Assembly: GCA_976551045.1 (NCBI GenBank) | Contig: CDPCPM010000029.1 | Location: 33,666,001-33,730,000 of the forward strand | Direction of reading: 5' to 3' | Length of the DNA: 64,000 bases | DNA from: Glaucostegus cemiculus | Lineage: Eukaryota | Shown here: one piece after another, positions 10,780-21,982 of the stretch | Layout: every line of letters begins with the position of its first letter | Numbering within the stretch: position 1 is the stretch's first letter | The notes under the pieces: model-generated | The model's input: only the letters and a program-made list of their open reading frames with translations | Databases searched by the model: none | What the model was told of the DNA's origin: nothing | Position numbers and translations under genes: made by a program

Positions 10780-11190
10780 CTTGTCTTTCTAAAGATGGCA
10801 TTGCCAACTTAGATATTTGTTCCGTGGTGATTGTGAGGAGATCTTTGCAGAATGGATTACACTGGATGTGCCATTGCTGTTTCCAAATCCAATGCCGATG
10901 TTGAAATGGCATGGTCTGCCAGGTTTCTTTCTTATTATATTGTAATATAATTGAGTGGTTTACTGGGTCATGTTAGAGGGCAACTAAGAATCAGTTGTCT
11001 AAAGTCACTTTGAGGCTAAACCAGGTCAAGGTGGCAAATTTCCCTAAAGGACATGGGTAAATCAGATGAGCTTTTAAAACTCCCGGTAGTTTTGCTGTCA
11101 TTATCACTGACACTAGCTTTTTTTATTCTTGATTATTTAATTAAATGAATTTAAATTCCTTGGCTGTTGTGGGGTAATTTAAACCAAGGT
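10780..11190 (-). mobile_element. Degenerate 5' region of an unclassified retroposon, related to 51890-52140
   Basis: CCAGGTCAAGGTGGCAAATTTCCCTAAAGGACAT is the reverse complement of the core at 51940-51990. Confidence 0.5.
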
Positions 11191-11674
11191 CTCATGTTTT
11201 CTGGATTATAGTTCATTAAATTAACCACAATGTCACAATGACCAATTAACAGAAGTACAGCATAATTTAAACAGCAGGTTGGAAATTATGAATCAAATTT
11301 CTGATTAAGTATTTGTGAAAGAAATATTAAAGTTTTCCTTTGAGTGCTATACAAGTCAAATATTATAAAATGTTTTACACCATTGACAAATACTAGGGAA
11401 ACAGGACATATTTGTTTAACATACATGCAAGACACTGTTACAATTGTGACCAGTTTTGAACTAAAGGCAAAGCTTGCATTCAACAGAAATAAAGTTTGTA
11501 AATTAATAAATATGCTTCACAATGTGGTACTTAAACTGTCAAGAAAGGTTCTAGACATTGTTTCATGTCTGCACTGTATGGTGTCACTTGATGTTCCTAA
11601 ATAATGGGTGGCAAATATCATAGGAATAGATATCAGCCAGGAATCCTGCTTTTGATCACTGCCAAATGACTGAG

Positions 11675-11870
11675 AAACAAATTGCTGGAGAAACTCTGCA
11701 GGTCATGCAGTATCTGTGGAAGTAAAGGGGTAGTCAGCATTTCAGGTCATGATCCTGCATCAGGACTGAGAGTGTATAGGAGAGATATAGTATAGAGGAG
11801 AGATCAGTATAAAGAGGAGAGGGGGAAGGGGTGAGGCAGGAAATGGTGAGCATTAAGTGGATAAGGACAT
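11675..11870 (-). mobile_element. Penelope-like element terminal remnant
   Basis: AAATTGCTGGAGAAACTC...CAGTATCTGTGGA...TTTCAGGTC...CCTGCATCAGGACTGAGAG. Confidence 0.55.
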
Positions 11871-12500
11871 ATGGCCATAGTTTCAAGGACATGGTCAGAG
11901 CAGAAGTCTTGGTAAGAATGTTGTTGAGTGTTCGGATATCAACTGTACAAGTTGTTGGTGAGACCACACGGAGTTCTGTGCGTGGTTATGGTCGCCCAGC
12001 TATAGGAAGAATGTCATTAAACTGTAACGTGTGGAAAAGATTCACAAGAATGTTACCGGGACAGGAAGGTTTGAGTTACAAGGAGAGGCTGGGCAGGCTG
12101 GGTCTTTTTTTTCCCTGGAGCATAGGAGGCTGAGGGCTAACAATGTATATAAAATCATGAGGAGTGTAGATAAGATGGATGGTCACAGTCTTTTTCCTAG
12201 GGTAGGAGACTCTAAACCTAGAGCACGTAGATTTAGGGTGAGAGGGGAAAGATTTAAAAGAGACCTGATAGGAAACTTTTTCAAACAGAGGGTGATGTGT
12301 ATACGGTATGAGCTGCCAGACAAAGCTGTAGAGATGGGTACAATTACAATGTTTAAAAGACGTTTAGATAGATAGAAAAGGTTTAGATGGATATGAGCCA
12401 AACGCAGGAAAATGGGATAGACATCTTGCTCAGTAAGGATGAGTTGGGCTGGTCTATGCTATATAACTCCAGGTCTCTATGAATCTATAACTCTATGAAT
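11870..12500 (+). mobile_element. CR1 LINE 3' fragment
   Basis: KRFTRMLPG.EGLSYKERLGRLGLF, GERFKRDLIGNFFKQRV; CTCTATGA tail. Confidence 0.9.
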
Positions 12501-15500
12501 ACAATTGTAATTTTCTAACATTTGCATCTAAAGAATGACTAATTTGTCTGTATTTATGGCTAGTTGTATTTATGGAAGGCTAGTATTTATGGAAGGCTAG
12601 TTGTATTTATGGAAACCTTGGTTCTGACAAGGGTGGGAGAAGACCATAAGGAAAGAAACAATGTGTTCTTTAAGTTTGATACTTCAGAGCAGACTGAACA
12701 GAGCATTCAAGGCAGATGCTGCTTCATGACAATAAATGTCACTTGGTCTCTTGTCCAAGTCACTGAATGAATGATTGTTTTAGAATTATGACTTTCTTAT
12801 ATAGAAACTATTCTTTAGAAGTACCTTCACTTATAGAACTCAGTGTTTAATTTCAGCATTTTTTCTCATAATTACACTATCCTAGCAAGACTTTCTAATA
12901 AAATATTGTTAATTTCCATAATTACCTCAATGTTTTCCTTAATTAATCATCTGGATCATGTCTGCTATATGTCAGTACTTTACTTTCTAACCTCTCTTTT
13001 TTTCCAAAAATGCAAATGAGTAAATTTATAGCCACTCCAGAAAGGATTTTTTTTAGGTCATTGTATTTCAGAGGCATCTTAAATATATCAACCAGTGACA
13101 GCAAAGCAATATAAATGATCTAATTGCCATCTAAGGATGCAAATAGGCCTTCTTCTTAACATACACATGCTAAAATTAAACAAAGCTAACAGCTCCTTAA
13201 TCTTTAGTCTATGGAGTGAATCTCCAAGTCAAGATAAACACTTTTACATTTGACTCCAGCCTTAGGTGACCTACACTCATATGACCCAGTCTTCTCTTCT
13301 TGCTACCATTCATAATCAAGACCTGCTTGAGACCAGATATCCATGACTGTTGTCCAAAGAGAATGGAATCCAAGGGACACCAATAATAACTCATAAGACA
13401 CATGAAAATTAGGATTCCAATGTCATCAAGGAAATCCAGGTATAACATTAACATAGCATTCTACATTAACGTAACATTTTACATAACAATTAACATTAAA
13501 GCAGTGCACATCTAATGACAGCATTCGTTCAATGTAAATGGACATTGGAATGAAATGCTGGGGTCATGTATGAGGTTGACAGCCTCAAGAAATTAGTTGA
13601 GGTGGCAATTGCTCAACTTCTACCAGTTTCCTATCGGTATATAAATGTTAAAAATGCCCAATATTGTAGAAGATATGAGATCTCAGTTGGTTATAATTTG
13701 GGGTTTTAAGTATAATTGGCAATGGCAATTTAATGCAATGTGTCTTCATTGTATACTGATATCCTTCTAGTGATGAGAATTATCTTACCTATTTATACTG
13801 GTATGAAGACTATAATGACAGCTTGTGAAAGCTGATCCAATGGGACAAAAGTCATCGTCTAAAGTAGCTGTTCAACTCTCCCGAGTGGCAGTATAGCAAT
13901 AAAGCAAGCAGCCTATGCTCTTAAGCATCTTCCAATTATTTTCCTAAGGCGATATGTAGATATGCAGAAGAGGGTCTATTTCTATTAGACTGGTTCTTTG
14001 TCACCTTAATGGTTTTGGTTACTTTGCCGCATAATTTCAATGTCGTTTTCCAGCGTACTGTTGGGATGTAATATAGCACCACGAATACCATGTTGCTTAA
14101 CTAACGGGAGACTGTATTAAAACACCCCTCATTTGTTCTATGAGCCACGGACACCACACCTATCTTGTAGTAAATGGTATAAGAGAAAGGGATTATGCTA
14201 AATGACTCTTGAATGATATAACAGAATTGGATCTACTGGCTATTGAGTTTGGGGTATATCACATGAATCAGAGTAAAATATAATATGCTCAGAATTCAGT
14301 AACATAGTAGCTAGGATATGGAATTAATGTTCTTCGATGCTTCAGGGCGCTGAGTTGACCTTCTAAGATGAAACCTTCGGTTATCCTTTCCTGCGTTAAA
14401 CCTGATGTTGGGTTGCGATCTCTAACATGTGGCGTTCTTACTTGGTATTTCTAGCTGGCATTGACTACTTGAGTAGTGTATTTTTGTGAGAAAGGGAGCT
14501 TGTCTTACACGTGCTTAATGTGAGAGGCGCTATCATTAGGTGATATTAAAATAGAGCGGATGACGGACGAGTTATAAAGAACTGTGTTTGCGGCCTTTCC
14601 CTGATAAAACATTAGAAGGTACTGCTTTGTAACTTCCTTAGGGAGATCTTCTTATGCAACGGAGCCAGCTGACTTGTGTGATGTTTTATTTACTTGCGTG
14701 TTGCATGCAATTTAAATACCCCTGTTGAATAAGTCCTATATTGTTTGTATTTTTAACCTATGGTACTGAGGGTTTCCACGCTTCACACTAAAGCATCATA
14801 AGACTTTCAAAAGGGGCGTTCAACTAATTATCTTATTTTTTTAAATAATTTTCTTAGTTACAAAAGAATCAATGCCAAAACAAAGACGTTTCATGTAACA
14901 AAAAGTCTGACTCGCCAGCTGCAATAAAAATGGTGAGAAAGTGTCTGGGTTTATATTATTTCGGAGGGAACTGAGGTAATTGAAGTGTTTGTGGGGCAGC
15001 GTGTTAAACATTTCCGATATATACCTGGAAACTCAGTTGAAGGGCATTTACGCACTCTTCTTTGAGGTAATTCTCCCATCTTATGTAGTTACAATTTGGC
15101 AAGATGCTTCTTTGTTTCGTGCAGTTGATGATTTCACATAATTGAACATCTATGCGCCCTTGTCAAACGCTCCCTGTGAAGACAATTAACTGTTGGCAGG
15201 GAAGAAAGATATAGATATAGCACTTACCATTTCGATGGGAAATTCTCAATGGACACCATTTGGGAGGGAGTGGGGCGAGGAGCAGTCTGTGAAAGTTGCC
15301 GGTTGCCTAAATACTTTGAGAAACCCCTTTCTCTTAAGTTCCAAAATCCAAGTCTGTGAGCTTCAACCGACTGTCCTTTTATATAGACATATCACGCAAT
15401 TAAAAAAAATCAAAATTACATAAGAAAAATATTTACCGCTGTTTTCTTTTTTTAACTTCTTTCACGGCAAGGTCGACCCACAGTTATAGGAAGAGTGTGA

Positions 15501-18500
15501 GCTTTGCTTTAGGTTTCAGTGCGTGTGAATGTACTTGCTGATTTGCTATTACTGAGGAAAGGACAGTCCCAATTAATTCTGGAAGCTTCAGTAATATTAT
15601 GAGTGCAATTGCTTTGCGGACTATGATATCAGTGGCCTGGAAGAGGTCGGTATCCCTTCCGTGCCTGGTTAGCATCGTTATACCCTCTGGTTCTACACTG
15701 CTTCCAATAACTATATTTCTGACATATCAAAATAAACCCCGGGTAGCCCGACAGAAAGAGTCAGGGTTTAAAAAAATATTCAAGGCAAAATCCAACGCAT
15801 TTGGGTTAGGGGTAACCATATATTCATAAACGTTTAGACAGTATTGATAGCTATGCTAGATATTCAGGTTTACATCTAGGTCACTGCTGTAAACACGCAG
15901 CGAATGGATAGCCATTCTTCTAATAGTAAGGCCGATAGCTACCCGCAAGCTAAAGGTCACCCTGTAATGTGCTATCTTTGATACCGCCTGTACAATAAAA
16001 TATAACTCGTAAAACGCCAACTCGACCACACAAGAGTGGCAATATTGCAGCTAACCACTAACAGATTGCTATTACCCGGAAATGTTGCCAAAATAAAACT
16101 ACTAATTATGTCCAATTACAGAAAACTTTTAAGCAATCGTTCTTCTTGTTGAAGGAAGGCACGTTATATACCACTTGCTAAATGTCACGTTCCCCAATGG
16201 TTGATATTCCAGGTAATTCGATGCTAATCTTACAATTTTCCTACACCAGAGATGATGCATATTTAATATATTTCAACGAGATGATATTGCCATCTCGCTC
16301 ACACTTAAGACTCGGCTGTATGTTGTTGTAGGACTTTTGCCTCAAAGAGCCACCTCGCCCCTTCTTACATTAAAAGGTTTGTGGCTTTTTCTACCAAACG
16401 GTTTTAGTTGCCCTGCCGACCGAGTTCAAGGTGATTCTATTGAATGAAGAAATACAAAATAATTTCATGAAGAAATTTTGGCATTCCCAGTTTTAAAACT
16501 GTGTTATTAGGAAACGAATCGCCGTGCAAATTTAAAACTCCTTTACAGACTTTTATGACTTTCACATCAATCGGTGGGAAGGGACGGAATCTCGTTCTCA
16601 TTTGCTGTATATTGTGAGGTTGCTGTTCATCAGGACTGTGGACATGCCAATTTAAAATGTGGTTAGACCTCTCCCGCTCCTCCATCCCCATACCAACTCT
16701 AAATAGACCTGTGGTACCTATTACTTCACAGTGCTGGACATTGTTTCAGTCAGAAATGCACAACAGCTGTCCCATTTAAGGCAGCTGGAATGCACAGATA
16801 ATAGAACGTGGGTCGTGACGACCCTGACAGTGTAGACGGTTTAGTCAAAAGAAATAAATCAATACAGAAATGTTAAAACTTGTGTTTTAACAGGTATTAA
16901 AGCCAATGGTACAAAAATGTCGATGTTTCATTTATTTTCAAATGGGGTACCGACACTTTTATTTCATTCCTCCATAATAACGGGAACATAATCAATGGCC
17001 ATCTTTCCTGAAAGTGGAATACATCTAGGCCACTTTGGTAATGCCTGAAATCGTACACTGAGTGAATCTTCGACCAGGTTTTGTCGGAGGGAGAGAAGAT
17101 ATTGTAGTTCATATTCTCGGTATTAACGTTTTCCGGTCAACTGACCAAAACATTACGGAAATGTTGCCAAGGTGAACAGCATTCTCTTGCTCCGAAAGTC
17201 TGCCGCTGACAGGGTCTGCTTAGGCAGTTGTGTCAGTGTGAGCTGTGGGTCCCTTTGTCCCGGAATGCCAGCCCCTAGCTCTGGGCATTGAGAAACTCTG
17301 TGAACTGATTCCGTTCTCAGATAAGGAGCCGCCGAGAGTCCAGTTCTGTCTAGACGTGAGGACCTCACAAGTCAAACTTGTTTTGATTAGGCTCAAAGAT
17401 ACACCAACCTGTTTCAAACGGTGATCAGCGCCACCCCCGCTCCCTTCTCCTCCCACCCATCCCAACGACCCTCCCTTCCCCACCACATACACTCAGACGG
17501 AGTCTTCAAAACGGTAACAAATAAAACACATCTTCCACTTCCGAGGTGCAGTTTGCTCCCCTGGGGCAGTATATGTCACCGGGAGGATTTAAATGTTTTC
17601 GCTTCTGTAAGATCTCTTAAATATATAGAAAACCCCAAGGCTACAAACACAATTAACAGTTTCACAGCCTGAAGAAGAGGCGATTTTCGGAAATCAACAC
17701 CAATCTGGTTAATAGTTCCCAACCACGCAGTGGAGAGGGTACAAATAATGACTTGCGTCTATATAAATGTACATATTTACATGAAGTCATAGGTTATTGT
17801 TATTTCGAATTTCTCATATCAGAATGTTACATTAGATACCTGTCAAAGTTTTAAGAGATCCGCATTTTAAAAAAGTCTTAATATTTTGGGAATTGAACAA
17901 TGGCAATATCGCCGTGAAATAAAAACCGGTATTTGATGCTACAGAGAAATATCTCATTTGAATATCTGTCATTATCTGTCAGAAGCCTTGCTTAAAATGT
18001 TCAACACATAATTATGTTTTAGTTGTATGTGGTATAATAATTATACATTTTCCAGTTAAATTAAATAGCTAGGTATGCATTTTAAGTAAACATAATAGAG
18101 ATCACATTAGCACGGGGCTGACTTCAAAAGGAATACGATCTGCGGTTCACAGCCGAAGGTGGATGGGGATGTAAACTGGGTTAATGTAGGCGTATTACTG
18201 TAAGAAATAATTAGCAGCATTTAATAGAGGGATGTAGACTTTTTTTAATCCTTTTTTTTTGTTGCGTGTTTTTATTCACCGCGTTGGGAAGAATCGTATT
18301 TGAATTAGTATGTAAAGGGATCGTTCATCAAATGCTCGGACATCGAGCTGTAAAGTTTGTTTTTGTGGCGCCTGAGCTCAAACAATGTCATTCAGTGGCT
18401 TGTTCCACTATCAGGATAAACACCGCTGAGAACAGGAACCTCTGCCAAAAGAATCCAGGCAAGTTCGCATTGACCATTAGAAACAGAGACATTAAACCAA

Positions 18501-20764
18501 GCGTTTGTGTAATTCATTAGCAGACTTTTTTAAAAAATCGTTCGTTTCATGAAACGTACGTCAACATATTTCCGAACTCAATCGACACTGATAATCGGTC
18601 TACACCGGTAGCATGAAATATTAGTCGTGCTTTTAAGAGTCTGTTTTTCAGGTCATTGACAAATGAAAGTTGTGAGTATTCATAACATTTACAAAATATC
18701 TGCATGCAATAGAATTACGCAGTTAAGATCAGAAGAAATATAAATTCCATCTGCAATATTCCATTCACAATTATTCAGCCAAAATAAATGTGTATTCATT
18801 TGCAATAGAATGTTAATACTGTACTCATGTGTGCACAGACACGTATGTGTGTGTGTGGGGAGAGAGAGAGAGAGAAAGAAAGAGCATCAAACTTATTTGC
18901 AATACCCCAGTTATGAAGGACAGCATTATGAAGGACAGCAGAGTTTCTCTCAGTTCTATCACTTAACCATTGAATGAATTTCACGTGTGGCCTAATAATG
19001 CAACTTCATTGTTGCAACTCAGAAATACTTGACTTGAGAACACATATTATGGTTGTTTGCCATGCACAATCTTCTTGAATTTTGCCACTCAAAAGTTTGT
19101 AAGACGATCGTCTAAAGTTCTAATTAATCTTGCGAAGTTTCATTCCTCCGCATGCCTCAGATGGTATTTGAAAACTCTTGCCATTATTTCGCTTTCTTCC
19201 CGATTCAGCAACAACATCTGAACTGTTATCACATCCGACTAAAGCACAATGTCATGATTTTTTTCACGCTGTTCTCATCTGCCGTGGCCACACATTAATG
19301 CATTATGGTTGGAGGTAACTTAAGTCACTGGGGCAAGGAAGGTGCGTTTGACATCTGATGGGTTCTCAACCGTGAATTTTAATTGAAAATACTGCATGGG
19401 GGCCACCAAATGGACAAATCAGGTCAAGAAGATAAACGGAGACCGGATAGTTAGTGAGGCAGCAATTGTCCATTTTGATGGCTAATTAGATTGATTCCCT
19501 GACTATTGAAGTCATAGTGATAGGCAGTCCATAAATCTATTTACTGTGGACATATGCAGTGACTGTGCAATTTCGAGCTGGTATGAGCAAAACAAAAATA
19601 CTTGTAATGGAAAAGTACCAAATGGTTTTGTTCTTTCACTGTTTCCTGGAAGAGGTTTTTGGGCGCTCTATTGCAATTAAAATTAAATTGTTTTATTTAC
19701 TTAATTAACATTTTAACACTCTTCATCCAGGGTGTCACGCCTCTTATGATGTAAGGAATGGAGTGGCAATCTTTATGAATTTAAACCATGGCTTGCATGA
19801 TTATTTTTTTGTTAAGGAAAGGAAGTTGTCAGGGTCTCGATAAAAATCAACTGGCCCCACCAAGTTGCGAGAGATTCTGCAGTGATGAGAACGGATGTTA
19901 AGTTCCCAATGACTCTGCTGTTTCCTTGTAACCGAGGCCATAACCACGTGTTCACAAAAAAATGATCTTTGCGGTATTCCATAGTTAGAACACAGATCAT
20001 ATTAATCTATAACTCTACTAAGTAAACGAATTGACCGCGCATTTCTGATTTACCCACTGCCACTATAAATAGAGGGAAGGAGACTGGGCTGCTGGACCTT
20101 TGTTTATTTAAAAGTATTACGTGTCACGGGAAGTGTCTTGTTAGCCAGATTGCGACAGATAGATAGCAGACGTTACTCCTATCTTATATGTTTGGCCCAG
20201 AAGTGTTTACCCGCACACACAAAAAGACAACAAATCACCAACACTGCATTTGGCTATTTCCTCCACCACCATCACCATCCCCTCCCCCCGCAGTCAACCT
20301 TTTAAGGAATCATATCAAAACGTCTACTAAAATAATAGACTAATAGCCAATCTATCATACCAGCTGTGCCAAGTTTACCAAAGCCAAAGTTATCAGCACT
20401 AATCAATTGACATTTGAACTGAAGTAGGTGTTTGAAACTCAGCTAATTGTTAACACATTGGACATGATTTCACAGCAAAAATTTAAGAAGAAAAAGTTGA
20501 AATATAACTTAAAATCATTCTTCATATTTAAATAAATTTAATTATTTTTTCAAAGCTATCATATTTTGTCTATACTAACAGAGAAAAAGTACCAAAATAT
20601 TTATATGCTTGAGTCTGAAAGATTATGGATTAAAATCAGTTTGGAATAGATGTTTTTCATTAAATGTAACAATAAAACAATTAAAATTGTTTTAAAAAGT
20701 AGTTAGCCTTGCAAGCTAATTTATTAAAATGTAATTGCAGAATCTGCAAAAGGCTTATATAATT

Positions 20765-21865
20765 TTTCAGTTATTTTGTTTTTTATTAGTGAAATAATCT
20801 TGAGGATATATTTCTACATATGGCGTTTTATTATTTTACATAATCGTCAAGAAAAGACAGGACACATAAAATTAGACATGTTTTCCAAAGACCACAGTAC
20901 ATCTTTTACTTCAGCAAACATAAAATGTCATAAAGACATGAAAAGTGGCAAGTCTGTCGACAATAAATAATAAATTATTTATAATTTTTGCAGTACAAGA
21001 ACAAACAAAATGTTTCTTTCCAGAGCTAAAACCGTTGTTGGTAACTGGTTTAACCTAGGAACATACACATCTTTGGGACAATTCTGGACGGACACGAGTT
21101 CACACACAAATCCCACGAAGCTGTGGCATAAAGAGGTATACCTTGTTGCAATGCTTGAGCTTTTCAATAAAAAATAAAAAAAATGAAACATCAGTAGTTG
21201 CCTTCATACTTTCATTGCAGGGACAGTAATCTCATGAACCAGCTACTTGCTAATGATCTAGGATCCAAAAGTCCTTGTTATAGGTCAACTAAAAGCATTG
21301 CAAAAATGCAACTATACCTTTCAGAACTGATCCTATAGGATAGTCACTGAACTACTTAGGCTGTGGTACATTCTGCATGTCACGATTGTCTTTCCAGTCC
21401 ACTTTTTTGCAGATGTATGGGACTCTTCTGGATTTTTTTGGCAAAGCTGACCCACTGATGTCCTTTCTAGGCAGCACCATTGAAGATGTTGGGACTATAG
21501 TTTCTCCACTGGATCATCTTATCTGTTTGCGTGTGCAATGCATTCCCTCAGGATCACTCGAGTGTACATCCTTTCTATATCTTCAAAAATGTCTCTGAAT
21601 GAAGTCCCGGATGTCTCGGGAATCTCTTCTATTTGCGCTTGTAGCCAGATCCCACTCTAGTGTCTGATTGTCGTCACAGTGTTGCTAGGGTACAACATTA
21701 GTTGTTTGAACACAGAGACTTCGTGCAAACGGATGATGGCTGCTCTCTGATCAGACATGGACCAGGTTGCATGAACTTTTTTATAAAAAAAGTGTGGGCC
21801 AGAGAGTTTGAGGGTCCAGGGTTCCTCGTGGCTCTCTGTAGGGCTGCACTGAGAGTTCAGGCTCC
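20765..21865 (-). other. ISL1: ISL1 3' UTR (approximate 3' end)
   Basis: Follows the stop codon; AU-rich; the distal block resembles the mammalian ISL1 3' UTR end as I recall it (GACTTGCCACTTTTCATGTC...CGCCATATGTAGAA...TATTTCACTAATAAA). Confidence 0.7.
20782..20787 (-). terminator. Probable ISL1 polyadenylation signal AATAAA (second candidate at 20832-20827)
   Basis: TTTATT on the + strand at the end of the conserved-looking UTR block. Confidence 0.65.
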
Positions 21866-21982
21866 TCATGCCTCTATAGGACTCGCTACCATGCTGTTTG
21901 GTGTGTCAGGGAGTTGGGAGGACATGGACGCTACTTCACTTCCAGTGGAGTTAGAACCTGGCCCTCCCTCTGAAAAATTAAC
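21866..21982 (-). CDS. ISL1: ISL1 exon 6, coding part
   Basis: Manual translation [38 protein letters not shown]; acceptor CAG at 21985-21983; TGA at 21868-21866. Confidence 0.97.

Noticed and set aside
10780-11190. The LF-SINE-derived ISL1 enhancer known from tetrapods
   Set aside because: The sequence does not resemble LF-SINE as I recall it, and that enhancer lies hundreds of kb from ISL1.
12549-12615. Short tandem repeats GTATTTATGGAAGGCTA (also the 15-bp duplication at 18911-18940)
   Set aside because: Ordinary slippage duplications with no spacer structure.
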